Notes under the pieces: generated by a model
Databases searched by the model: none
What the model saw: only the letters and a program-made list of their open reading frames with translations
What the model was told of the DNA's origin: nothing
In this document: one piece after another, positions 12,890 to 22,089 of the stretch
Layout of the letters: each line of letters opens with the position of its first letter
Numbering within the stretch: position 1 is the stretch's first letter
Position numbers and translations under genes: made by a program
NCBI GenBank assembly: GCA_041396705.1
Contig: JAWKYB010000002.1
Span: 398,563 to 462,562, forward strand
Direction of reading: 5' to 3'
From: Alphaproteobacteria bacterium
GTDB lineage: Bacteria > Pseudomonadota > Alphaproteobacteria > CALKHQ01
Length of the DNA: 64,000 nt

Positions 12890-13864
12890 CTAGGACCCGC
12901 AGGCCGGCATCCAGCTGTCGACGGTGGCCTTGTTCGCGTCGATCCACGCCGCGGCGGCCTCCTCGACCGTCATGCCGTCGACGTCGACCATGGCGGCAGC
13001 GTCGGCGATCATGGCGTTGGTGAAGTCGATGTTGCCGACCAGCTCGAACGCGCAGGGCCACTCCTCGGCGAAGCCGGCCCACACGCCCTTCTTCAGCCAA
13101 CCGTTGGCATTGTTGCCGCAGTCGTAGGTGGCATCCGGGTTCGTGCCCCAGGACGGGTCGGTCTCGCAGCCCTCGCCCCAGGTCGGGAACTCGACGAACT
13201 TGCCGTCGAAGCGGGCCTCGACCCAGTTCGGCGTCCAGTTGAACAGCACGATCGGCTCCTCGCGCTGGTAGGCGGCGTCCAACTCGGCCCACAGCGTCGA
13301 CGCCTGGCCGGCGTTGACCACCTCGAAGTTCATGCCCAGTGCCTCGATGCGCTGGCGGTCCGGCTTCTCCCAGTCGACCGGCCCGGCGAGATAGCGGCCC
13401 TTGTCGCCGGTCTCGGGCGTGGAGAACAGCGCTGCACAGCCGTTCAGCGCCTCCCAGTCGGGCAGGCCGGGGCAGGCCGCTTCCATGTACGCGGGATACC
13501 ACCATTCCTCGCGGGTGACCGCGCTGTGCGATCCGGCGTCGGCCATGCGGCCGGCGGAGACCTCGGTCTCGAACGGCGTGCGCATGGTGCCTTCCCACAC
13601 CTCGACCTGCAGGTGCATGTCGCCGTTGCCCATGGCCGTGACCTGCAGCTGGGTGTCCGACGGCACGTACTCGACCTCGTAGCCCATGCCGGAAAGCAGC
13701 GTGCCGGCGACGTTGGCCAGCACAAGCTGGCTGGTCCAGTTGTTGACGATCACCTTGATCGGCTCGTCGGATTCCGGCACCTCGGCGGCGGCGGCTCCGG
13801 CGAGCATGGTGCCGGCCGCGAGCGCGGCGACCAGAATGCGGCTGAACGGCTTCGGTCCTGTCAT
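12890..13864 (-). CDS. proX: Glycine betaine-type ABC transporter periplasmic substrate-binding protein
   Basis: 324 aa with a signal peptide (MTGPKPFSRILVAALAAGTMLAGAAAA/EV) and a strong ribosome-binding site (GAGGAGGAGGG). It has the OpuAC/ProX-like fold with conserved aromatic (Trp) residues. Confidence 0.85.
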   Translation of the reverse strand: MTGPKPFSRILVAALAAGTMLAGAAAAEVPESDEPIKVIVNNWTSQLVLANVAGTLLSGMGYEVEYVPSDTQLQVTAMGNGDMHLQVEVWEGTMRTPFETEVSAGRMADAGSHSAVTREEWWYPAYMEAACPGLPDWEALNGCAALFSTPETGDKGRYLAGPVDWEKPDRQRIEALGMNFEVVNAGQASTLWAELDAAYQREEPIVLFNWTPNWVEARFDGKFVEFPTWGEGCETDPSWGTNPDATYDCGNNANGWLKKGVWAGFAEEWPCAFELVGNIDFTNAMIADAAAMVDVDGMTVEEAAAAWIDANKATVDSWMPACGS

Positions 13865-14088
13865 GTATCCCTCCTCCTCGCGATGATTGCGGGCGTTGAC
13901 TGCCCTGCGATGCGGATTGCCCCGCGATGGCCTTCGCGGCCTTGGTAACCGAACAGTGACCTGTGGCGCATTGGCGCGGCAACGGAATCCTTTCGGCCCG
14001 ATGCGTTGCGGAGCCCGGTTCATGGACCGGACCATGCCATCGGTTCGCATTGCGGCGCGCGCCGCTGCGGCCGGCGGCGGTCCGGCAA
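13865..14088 (-). promoter_or_regulatory. 224-nt 5' leader and promoter region of proXVW carrying about 5 repeats of a GCAAT(N0-3)GCATCG...GG-like motif
   Basis: Read on the minus strand the motif copies are CGCAATGCGAACCGATGG, GCAACGCATCGGGCC, GCCAATGCGCCACAGG, GCAATCCGCATCGCAGG and GCAATCATCGCGAGG, spaced 30-40 nt apart upstream of the ribosome-binding site. Confidence 0.3.
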
Positions 14089-14646
14089 TCAGGCTGATGT
14101 CGGCTCGGTCTCGCGCAGCCGGGGCAGCAGCTCGGCGAAGTTGCAGGGCCGGTGCCGGATATCGAGCTGGTAGACCAGGATGCCGTCCCAGGCGTCGCGG
14201 CATGCGCCGGGCGAGCCGGGCAGGGCGAAGATGTAGGTGCCGTTGGCGACGCCGGCGGTGGCGCGGCTCTGCACGGTCGAGGTGCCGATGGTCTGGTAGC
14301 TCAGCATCCGGAACAGCTCGCCGAAGCCGGGGATGTGCTTCTCGACCACCGCTTCGACCGCCTCCGGCGTCACGTCGCGGCCGGTGACGCCGGTGCCGCC
14401 GGTGGTCAGCACCACCTCGATCGCCTCGTCGGCGATCCAGGCGCGCAGCTGCGCTTCGATCGCCGCCTGCTCGTCGGCGACGATGGTGCGGGCGGCCAGC
14501 CGGTGGCCCGCCGCCTGCAACCGCTCGCACAGCGTGTCGCCGGACTTGTCGGTCTCCGGCGTGCGGCTGTCCGACACGGTCATCACCGCGATGCCGACCG
14601 GCAGGAACGGCCGGCTCTCGTCGATCTTCCAGAACGCCTTGCTCAT
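14089..14646 (-). CDS. moaB: Molybdenum cofactor biosynthesis protein B (MogA/MoaB family)
   Basis: 185-aa MoCF-biosynthesis fold with a GGTG motif ([19 protein letters not shown]). Confidence 0.8.
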   Translation of the reverse strand: MSKAFWKIDESRPFLPVGIAVMTVSDSRTPETDKSGDTLCERLQAAGHRLAARTIVADEQAAIEAQLRAWIADEAIEVVLTTGGTGVTGRDVTPEAVEAVVEKHIPGFGELFRMLSYQTIGTSTVQSRATAGVANGTYIFALPGSPGACRDAWDGILVYQLDIRHRPCNFAELLPRLRETEPTSA

Positions 14647-14665
14647 GGACCCGATATGGCGCGCC

Positions 14666-16570
14666 TCAGTGCGGCAGGGAAGCGATGCTGACCTGGGCGT
14701 TCAGGTTGCGGTAGTGCGGCCAGTCGCCGCCGACGATGTCGTCGAGTTCCGGCGTCGGCTGTCCGAAGCGCAGGCGATAGGCCCACAGATTGGCCATCAC
14801 CCGTTCCACATACTCCCGGGTTTCGCCGGCACGGATGGTTTCGATGAACAGCAGCGGGTCGTTGCCGAAATTACCGCTCTCCAGCCAGCGCTGCAAGTTG
14901 CCGGGCCCGCCGTTATAGGCGGCGAGGATGCGGAACATGTCGTCGCCGATCCAGCTGTAGCTGCGCAGTTCCTGGATGAACTGCTGGCCCAGCGCCATGT
15001 TGTAGGCGGGGTCGGCGAGCTCGGCGGTATCGCCGCTGCCGATGCCCAGCCGCTGGGCCATCGAGCGGGCGGTGCGCGGCATCAGCTGCATCAGGCCGCG
15101 AGCGCCGGCCGAACTGACCGCGACCGAGTTGAACGCCGATTCCTGACGCATGATCGCCAGCACGACGGCGTGGTCGAGCTGCAGCCCGTTGGCCGGCAGC
15201 CAGCGCGGCACCGGGTAGCGCGCGGCCCAGACCTGCTCGCCGCCGCGCTCGGCATAGGCGACGGCCAGCCGCATCGCCAGCGACGGCATGTCGGAATCGG
15301 CGGCAAAGGCCAGCAGCGCACGCATCTGCTGGCCGTTGAGCCCGGTGGCCAGGCTGCGGAACTCGGCCTCGGCCAGGCCCGGCTGGCCGATCTGCAGCAG
15401 CGCGAGGCCGCGGCGGGCCGCCGGCTGGGCGAGCACCGTGCCGAGCACGTCGTCGGAGCCCTGCGCCTCGGTCCAGCTGCGCGGGTCGTGCAGCCCGAGG
15501 GCATGCTGCGCCAGCATGCCGTAGAAGGTGTCGGGTTCCTGGGCTGCCTGGCGCAACAGCGCGCTGACGCCGTTCGGCGCATGGGCGCGGATGGCGGCGC
15601 GTGCGGCCCAGTAGGCGCCGGCGGTGCGGGTCCAGCGCGAGGCATAGGGCGAGGCCGCCAGCGCGGCGAAGCGCTCGCGCGCCAGCGCGTAGTCGCCGGT
15701 GCGCCAGGCCGCGAGCCCGCCGGCCCACAGCGCGCTCGGCGCGGCGTTCCCGGCCTGGGCGACGGCCAGCGCCGCCTGCTCCAGCGCCTCGGCATCGGCC
15801 GAGTTGAGGAAGGCGTTGAAGGCGATCAGACCGCGCGCCTCGCCGGCCTCGGCCGACGACAGCAGGCCATTGCCGCCGGCAAGCGTCGCCAGCGCCCCGG
15901 CGCGGTCCTCGTCGCGCAGGCTGCGGCGGATCGAGCTCAGCAACGAACGGGCGGCCCGCTCGCCATCCGAATCGCGCACCACGTCGACCGGCGCGGAAGC
16001 CCGCCCGGCGGCGCCGTTGCCGTAGGCCGACAGGGCATCGGTGACCGACGGCGGCGTCGGCGGCGGATCGCCGGCGCCCTGGCGGCGCACGGCGAGGTCG
16101 TAGATCTCCTCGGCGCCGGGATGGTCGTGATACAGCCGCAGCCACTCGGCCAGCTCGCCGTAGGACGAGCGATAGGCGGTGGGGTGCATGTAGCGCTGAT
16201 GCAGCACGTGGCCGATCAGCAGGGTGTCGCCGAGCTGGCGGATCAGGCCGTCGGCGATGGCGAGGTCGCCCGCCTCCTGGGCGGCGAAGATCTGGCGATA
16301 GAGCTGTTCGTCGGAAAGGCCGAGCGGGCGCTCCGCGCTGCGCTCGGGCCCGCCGAGGCCGGGCAGGGTCTCGGTCGGATCGGTCCGCGCGATCAGCGGC
16401 AGGGCGCCGTAGCCGGGCACGGCGGCGAGCTGGACCGAGTCCATACCGGCGCCGATTCCCGCGCCGGTGACGTCGGCGAAGATCTCGATGTCGCCGTCCT
16501 GCGCGTGGGCTGCCGTGACCGCGGCCACCAGGCCGAGCGAAGCCAGTGCGCGTGCCGTTCGCCTCATCAT
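14666..16570 (-). CDS. Lytic murein transglycosylase (Slt family) with signal peptide
   Basis: The C-terminal SLT catalytic domain is present (...[25 protein letters not shown]...AYNGGPGN) after a long superhelical N-terminal region. Start taken at [24 protein letters not shown]. Confidence 0.8.
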   Translation of the reverse strand: MMRRTARALASLGLVAAVTAAHAQDGDIEIFADVTGAGIGAGMDSVQLAAVPGYGALPLIARTDPTETLPGLGGPERSAERPLGLSDEQLYRQIFAAQEAGDLAIADGLIRQLGDTLLIGHVLHQRYMHPTAYRSSYGELAEWLRLYHDHPGAEEIYDLAVRRQGAGDPPPTPPSVTDALSAYGNGAAGRASAPVDVVRDSDGERAARSLLSSIRRSLRDEDRAGALATLAGGNGLLSSAEAGEARGLIAFNAFLNSADAEALEQAALAVAQAGNAAPSALWAGGLAAWRTGDYALARERFAALAASPYASRWTRTAGAYWAARAAIRAHAPNGVSALLRQAAQEPDTFYGMLAQHALGLHDPRSWTEAQGSDDVLGTVLAQPAARRGLALLQIGQPGLAEAEFRSLATGLNGQQMRALLAFAADSDMPSLAMRLAVAYAERGGEQVWAARYPVPRWLPANGLQLDHAVVLAIMRQESAFNSVAVSSAGARGLMQLMPRTARSMAQRLGIGSGDTAELADPAYNMALGQQFIQELRSYSWIGDDMFRILAAYNGGPGNLQRWLESGNFGNDPLLFIETIRAGETREYVERVMANLWAYRLRFGQPTPELDDIVGGDWPHYRNLNAQVSIASLPH

Positions 16571-16643
16571 CCCTACCCCTGAACTTCGATCTGCCCGAAC
16601 GCCGCTATATTGCATTACGGCTGCAACGGCAATCGGAGGCCGC

Positions 16644-17510
16644 TCAGCCGCCCTCCGCCAGCTTGTCCTTGATCGCCAGCAGGTCGCGCCATGCCAGCCG
16701 CTTCTGGTTGGTCGTGCGCAGCAGATAGGCCGGGTGGAAGATCGCGATGGCGTCGATCGGCCGGTCCAGGCCCGGCGACTGGTAGCGCCGCCAGCTGCCG
16801 CGCAGCTTCATGATGCCGTCGCTGACGTCCAGCAGCGTCTTCGCGGCGGTGCCGCCGGCCAGGACCAGCAGGCGCGGCCGCACCAGCTCGATATGGCGGC
16901 GGCAGAACGGCAGGCAGGCGCCGATCTCCGCCGCCGTCGGCTGGCGGTTGCCCGGCGGCCGCCACGGCAGGATGTTGGTGATGTAGAGCGACGAACGGTC
17001 CAGCCTGATGCAGGCGAACATGCGATCCATCAGCTGGCCGCTGGGCCCGACGAAGGGCAGGCCCTGGCGGTCCTCGTCGGCCCCCGGCGCTTCGCCGACG
17101 ATCATTACCGCCGCCTGCGGATTGCCGTCGGCGAACACGGTGTGCATGGCGGTCGCCTTCAGCGGACAGCCGTCATAGGCCTCGACCGCGGCGCGCAGCG
17201 CGTCCAGCGTCTGGGCCGCGGCGGCGCTGCGCCTGGCCTCGTCGCTGGCCTCGATCAGCCCCGGCTGGCGCGCCGGAGGCTGCGACCGCGACACCGGCGA
17301 CACCGTCGCCGGCCGCGGCGCGGTTGCTGCCGCTTCGCCCGCCGAACCGGTTGCCGGCCCGGCCGCCGGTGCCGCCGGCCGCATGCGCTGCGGCGGCTCG
17401 AAGTCGCGCACCGGAGTCGCGCCCACCGCCTCGTCGACGCCGATCGCGCGGTACCAGTCCAGCAGCTGTCGGACCCCGGCCTCCGCCGGGCTGCGCTCCG
17501 GCACGCCCAT
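16644..17510 (-). CDS. udg: Uracil-DNA glycosylase, family 4, with an N-terminal extension of about 120 aa
   Basis: Family-4 motifs are present (VMIVGEAPGADEDRQGLPFVGPSGQLMD; HPAYLLR). ATG at 17510 with a GAGGGAG ribosome-binding site. Only this portion of the 857-aa minus-strand ORF 16644..19217 is credible. Confidence 0.8.
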   Translation of the reverse strand: MGVPERSPAEAGVRQLLDWYRAIGVDEAVGATPVRDFEPPQRMRPAAPAAGPATGSAGEAAATAPRPATVSPVSRSQPPARQPGLIEASDEARRSAAAAQTLDALRAAVEAYDGCPLKATAMHTVFADGNPQAAVMIVGEAPGADEDRQGLPFVGPSGQLMDRMFACIRLDRSSLYITNILPWRPPGNRQPTAAEIGACLPFCRRHIELVRPRLLVLAGGTAAKTLLDVSDGIMKLRGSWRRYQSPGLDRPIDAIAIFHPAYLLRTTNQKRLAWRDLLAIKDKLAEGG

Positions 17511-17651
17511 CTCCCTCGCCGGTGGCGATGTTTTTTTCGCCGGTCGCCCGCGGTATGGTGACCGGTCTGTCGCGCCGGCGATCCTAGCTCCAACGCCGTC
17601 GGCGGCCAACACGCCACACGGGCCGCCGCGCCCGGCACGGGAGGAGACTGG

Positions 17652-19307
17652 ATGGCGCGCGAGGCGATGCACTTCGACGTGGTGATCGTCGGCGCCGGGC
17701 CGGCCGGTCTGACGGCCGCGATTCGCCTGCGCCAGCGCGCGGCGGAGACCGGGCGCGCGCTCAGCGTCTGCGTGATCGAGAAGGGCTCCGAGGTCGGCGC
17801 CCACATCCTGTCGGGCGCCGTGCTGGAACCGCGCGCGCTGAACGAGCTGCTGCCCGACTGGGCGGAGCGCGGGGCGCCGCTGGAGAATCCGGTGACCGAC
17901 GAGCGCTTCCTCTATCTGTCGCCGCGCCGGGCCCTGCGCCTGCCGACTCCGCCGCAGATGCGCAATCACGGCAACCACATCGTCAGCCTGGGCCGGCTGT
18001 GCCAGTGGCTGGCCGGCGAGGCGGAAGCGCTGGGTGTCGAGATCTTTCCGGGCTTTGCCGCGGCCGAGGTGCTGTTCGACGAGGCCGGCGCGGTCTGCGG
18101 GGTCGCGACCGGCGACATGGGCGTCGGCCGCGATGGCACGCCGGGGCCGAACCACCAGCCGGGCGTGGAGCTGCGCGCCCGCCAGACCCTGTTCGCCGAG
18201 GGCTGCCGCGGTTCTCTGAGCGAGACGCTGATGGCCCGGTTCGACCTGCGCGCCGCCGTCGACCCGCAGACCTATGCCATCGGCATCAAGGAATTGTGGG
18301 AGGTCGACACCCCCGACCATCGTCCCGGCCAGGTGACCCATTCGATCGGCTGGCCGCTGTCGCACGACGTCTATGGCGGCTCGTTCGTCTATCACCTGAA
18401 GGACAACGTCGTCGCGGCAGGCTTCGTGGTCGGGCTCGACTACGCCAACCCGCATCTGAACCCGTTCGAGGAGTTCCAGCGCTTCAAGACGCACCCGCGC
18501 TTCCGGCCGCTGTTTGCCGGCGGCCGGCGCATCGCCTATGGCGCCCGGGCGCTGAACGAGGGCGGCTACCAGTCGGTCCCGCGGCTGACCTTCCCCGGCG
18601 GCTGCCTGATCGGCTGTGCCGCGGGCTTCATGAACGTGCCGAAGATCAAGGGCACTCACACCGCGATGAAGTCGGCGATGCTGGCGGCGGAGGCAGTGGC
18701 GGCGGCGCTGGACCCGGCCGGCGACGGCCAGGAGGCGAGCGGCCCGGCGGTCGAGGCCGGCTCCTATCGCGAGCGGCTTGAGGCGAGCTGGGTGTGGCCG
18801 GAACTGAGAGCCGTCCGCAACATCCGGCCGGCGTTCCGCTACGGCCTGTTGCCGGGACTGGCCTATTCGGCCCTCGATACCTATGTCCTGCGCGGGCGTG
18901 CGCCGTGGACCCTGCACCACCACCCCGACCACGCGCAGCTGCGGCAGGCGGCGGCGAGCTGGCCGATCGACTATCCGAAGCCCGACGGAAAGGTCAGCTT
19001 CGACCGGCTGTCCTCGGTGTTCCTGTCGAACACCAATCACGAGGAGGACCAGCCCTGTCACCTGACCCTGAAGGAACCGTCGGTGCCGGTGGCCTTCAAC
19101 CTGCCGCTCTACGACGCACCGGAGCAACGCTACTGCCCGGCCGGGGTCTACGAGATCGTGCACGACGGGCCCGACGGCGCGCCGCGGCTGCAGATCAACG
19201 CGCAGAACTGCGTGCACTGCAAGACCTGCGACATCAAGGACCCGACCCAGAACATCCGCTGGGTGACGCCGGAAGGCGGCGGCGGACCGAACTATGCCGG
19301 CATGTGA
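17652..19307 (+). CDS. Electron-transfer flavoprotein-ubiquinone oxidoreductase
   Basis: 551 aa with an FAD-binding GxGxxG (VVIVGAGPAGLTAA) and the C-terminal 4Fe-4S motif CVHCKTCDIKDP. Confidence 0.9.
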   Translation: MAREAMHFDVVIVGAGPAGLTAAIRLRQRAAETGRALSVCVIEKGSEVGAHILSGAVLEPRALNELLPDWAERGAPLENPVTDERFLYLSPRRALRLPTPPQMRNHGNHIVSLGRLCQWLAGEAEALGVEIFPGFAAAEVLFDEAGAVCGVATGDMGVGRDGTPGPNHQPGVELRARQTLFAEGCRGSLSETLMARFDLRAAVDPQTYAIGIKELWEVDTPDHRPGQVTHSIGWPLSHDVYGGSFVYHLKDNVVAAGFVVGLDYANPHLNPFEEFQRFKTHPRFRPLFAGGRRIAYGARALNEGGYQSVPRLTFPGGCLIGCAAGFMNVPKIKGTHTAMKSAMLAAEAVAAALDPAGDGQEASGPAVEAGSYRERLEASWVWPELRAVRNIRPAFRYGLLPGLAYSALDTYVLRGRAPWTLHHHPDHAQLRQAAASWPIDYPKPDGKVSFDRLSSVFLSNTNHEEDQPCHLTLKEPSVPVAFNLPLYDAPEQRYCPAGVYEIVHDGPDGAPRLQINAQNCVHCKTCDIKDPTQNIRWVTPEGGGGPNYAGM

Positions 19308-19446
19308 GAGCGGCCCGGTTGCAGGGGGCGCGGCGAGCGGAGCCGGTCGGATTGACGGCCGTGGTGCGCGGTTCTACCGTGCGCGGCCCTTTGCGCCGGG
19401 GTTGTCGGAACGCCGGCCGCCCCCGCGGCAGCGAGAGGATCGAGCG

Positions 19447-21180
19447 ATGATATTGCGCTATGGCCCGTTGCGTCGGCTGGTCATGCACACGGCACTGGCG
19501 GCCCTGCTCGGCACCGGCCTGACCGCGCTGCCGACCGTGTCCGGTACGGCCGAGGCGGCGGCGGTGCCGACCCACGGCGTCTGGGGCAGCTACCTGGCCG
19601 GACGGCATGCGCAGCGCGTGCGCGACTACCCGGCCGCGATCGAGTTTCTGGGCCGCTCGCTGCGCGACGATCCGGGCAACCTCGACGTGCTGCGCCAGCT
19701 GTTCCTGCTGACCGTCGCCGAGGGCCAGATCGACTATGCGCTCACGCTGGCGCCGCAGGTGCTGGAGGCCGCGCAGACCGAGCCGCTGCCGGCGATGGTG
19801 CTGCTGCTCGACCGCTTTCACGCTGGCGCCTACCAGGAAACGCTCGACCGGCTGGCGGCCGAGGAGGCGTACGGGCTGAACCAGATCGTCATGCCGTTCG
19901 TCCAGGCCTGGGCCCAGGCCGCGGTCGGCAGGCGCGAAGAGGCGCTCGCCCTGATGGCGGCAGACGCGGCGCCGGAGGGTCTTGGCAGCCTCTATGCGGT
20001 CAATCGCGGCCTGCTGCTGGAGTATCTCGGCGATGCCGCGGCGGCCGAGGCGGAATACAAGGCGACCCTCGCCAGCGCCGGCGGCAGCGACCAGCAGCCC
20101 TTCGCGGTGACGGACGCGCTGGCCGCGCTGTACGAGCGCCAGGGCCGGGCGGACGAGGCGCGCGCGCTCTACGAGGCCTATGCCGAGGCCACCGAGTCGC
20201 GACGCATGATCGAAGCGGCGGTCGCGCGGCTCGACGGCGACGGCACGCCGACGCCGAACCGGGCCACGCCCGACGCCGCGATCAGCGACCTGTTCTTCAG
20301 CGTGGCAAGCTCGCTGAGCCAGGAAGGCAACGAGATCTTTTCCTACGTGTTCAGCCGGCTGGCGGTCTTTCTCGACCCCGGCAACGGGCTGGCGCTTGCG
20401 CTGCTGGCGCAGAACCTGGCCGCGCAGGAGCGCGAGGAAGACGCCATCGCGGTCTATGCGCAGGTGCCGCTGTCCTCGCCGATGGGCTTCTCGGCGCGGC
20501 TGTCGATGGCCGACGCGATGAACGGCCTGGACCAGGTCGACGAGGCGATCGCCGCGCTCGAGGAACTGGCCGCCACCTATCCCGACGATTATGTGCCGCT
20601 GGCCTCGGTCGGCGACTACCTGCGCGGGCAGGAGCGCTACGAGGAAGCGCTCGACGCCTATGAGCGCGCCTTCGCCCGCGTGCCGGAGATCAAGCACGAG
20701 CACTGGTCGCTGCTGTACTACCGCGGCATCGCGCTGGAGCGCACCGGCAACTGGGAGCGGGCGGAGAAGGACTTCCTCGCCGCGCTGGATTTCGAACCGA
20801 ACCAGCCGTTCGTGCTGAACTATCTGGGCTACAGCTGGGTGGAGCAGGGCATCCACCTGGAGGAAGCCAAGCAGATGATCGAAACGGCGGTCGAGGAACG
20901 GCCGCGCGACGGCTTCATCGTCGATAGCCTGGGCTGGGTGCTGTACAAGCTCGGCGACTACGAGGGCGCCGTGCCGCACCTGGAGCGCGCGGTCGAGCTC
21001 GAGCCCGGCGACGCGGTGATCAACGACCATCTCGGCGACGCGTTCTGGCGGGTCGGTCGGCGCACCGAGGCGCGCTACCAGTGGAACCGCGCGATGGAAC
21101 TGGACCCGGACGAGGAGTTGGCGGCGACGCTTGAGGCCAAGCTGACCGACGGCCTGCCGGACGGGCCGACGGTCGATTGA
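19447..21180 (+). CDS. Tetratricopeptide-repeat protein with signal peptide
   Basis: Start at MILRYGPLRRLVMHTALAALLGTGLTALPTVSGTAEA. Multiple TPR units follow, and its stop overlaps the ispE start. Confidence 0.7.
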   Translation: MILRYGPLRRLVMHTALAALLGTGLTALPTVSGTAEAAAVPTHGVWGSYLAGRHAQRVRDYPAAIEFLGRSLRDDPGNLDVLRQLFLLTVAEGQIDYALTLAPQVLEAAQTEPLPAMVLLLDRFHAGAYQETLDRLAAEEAYGLNQIVMPFVQAWAQAAVGRREEALALMAADAAPEGLGSLYAVNRGLLLEYLGDAAAAEAEYKATLASAGGSDQQPFAVTDALAALYERQGRADEARALYEAYAEATESRRMIEAAVARLDGDGTPTPNRATPDAAISDLFFSVASSLSQEGNEIFSYVFSRLAVFLDPGNGLALALLAQNLAAQEREEDAIAVYAQVPLSSPMGFSARLSMADAMNGLDQVDEAIAALEELAATYPDDYVPLASVGDYLRGQERYEEALDAYERAFARVPEIKHEHWSLLYYRGIALERTGNWERAEKDFLAALDFEPNQPFVLNYLGYSWVEQGIHLEEAKQMIETAVEERPRDGFIVDSLGWVLYKLGDYEGAVPHLERAVELEPGDAVINDHLGDAFWRVGRRTEARYQWNRAMELDPDEELAATLEAKLTDGLPDGPTVD

Positions 21181-22085
21181 CCGCCGCGACCCGGCCGGAG
21201 GTCGCGCCGGCCAAGGTCAACCTGTTCCTGCACGTGCTCGGCCGCCGGGCCGACGGCTATCATGAGATCGAAAGCCTGATTGCCTTCGCCGCGTGCGGCG
21301 ACCGGGTCACCGCCGCACCCGCCGCCGGGCCCGCGCTGGCGCTGCACGGCCCGTTCGCGGCGGCGCTGCGCGCGAGCGGCCCGGAGGCGGACAATCTGGC
21401 GCTGCGTGCCGAGCGGGCATTCGTGCAGGCGCTCGGCGGTCCGCGCCTCGCCATCGGCCTGGACAAGCGGCTGCCTCTCGCCGCCGGCCTTGGCGGCGGC
21501 TCGGCCGATGCGGCGGCGGTGCTGCGCCTCGCCGCGCGCCGGGCCGGCATCGGCGACGACGACGGCCGGCTTGCGGCTGTGGCGGCCGGACTGGGCGCCG
21601 ACGTTCCCGCCTGCCTGTTGAACCGGCCGTGCCTCGCCCGCGGCCTCGGCGAGCGGCTGCAGCCGCGGGAGCGCGTTCCGGAGGTGGCGGCCGTGCTGGT
21701 CAATCCCGGCGTCGCCCTGCCGACCGCCGCGGTCTTTGCGGCCTGGTCACCGCAGGCCGCCCCGGCGCCGTGCGCACCGGAGCGGATCGCCGGCGCCGGC
21801 GATGCGGCGGCGCTGGCCGACGCCCTTGGCGAGACACACAATATGCTGCAGCCCTCCGCCTGCCGGCTCGCGCCCGCCGTGACCGACGCGATCGGCGCCC
21901 TGCAGTCGATGCCGGGCTGCGTGCTTGCACGGATGTCGGGCAGCGGCGCGACCTGCTTTGGCGTGTTCGGCAACGACCGTCAGGCCGGCGACGCCGCCGC
22001 GGCGATCGCGCGGCGCCAGCCGGGCTGGTGGGTCCGGGCGACGCGCCTGCTCGGCTGGCCGGCTGCTGTGCCGGAGCCGGCCTGA
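21177..22085 (+). CDS. ispE: 4-diphosphocytidyl-2-C-methyl-D-erythritol kinase
   Basis: GHMP-kinase family protein with the IspE N-terminal motif APAKVNLFLHVLGRRADGYHEIESL. TTG start overlapping the upstream TGA. Confidence 0.85.
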   Translation: MTAATRPEVAPAKVNLFLHVLGRRADGYHEIESLIAFAACGDRVTAAPAAGPALALHGPFAAALRASGPEADNLALRAERAFVQALGGPRLAIGLDKRLPLAAGLGGGSADAAAVLRLAARRAGIGDDDGRLAAVAAGLGADVPACLLNRPCLARGLGERLQPRERVPEVAAVLVNPGVALPTAAVFAAWSPQAAPAPCAPERIAGAGDAAALADALGETHNMLQPSACRLAPAVTDAIGALQSMPGCVLARMSGSGATCFGVFGNDRQAGDAAAAIARRQPGWWVRATRLLGWPAAVPEPA

Positions 22086-22089
22086 GACC

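Noticed and set aside
12780-13982. N-terminal 400 codons of ORF 11748..13982 (would make a 744-aa ProV)
   Set aside because: This region is out-of-frame read-through across proX. A ribosome-binding site plus GTG at 12779 gives a normal 343-aa ProV.
17511-19217. Upstream 570 codons of the 857-aa minus-strand ORF 16644..19217
   Set aside because: Only the last 288 codons (UDG) have protein-like sequence and a ribosome-binding site. The rest is antisense to the ETF-ubiquinone oxidoreductase gene.
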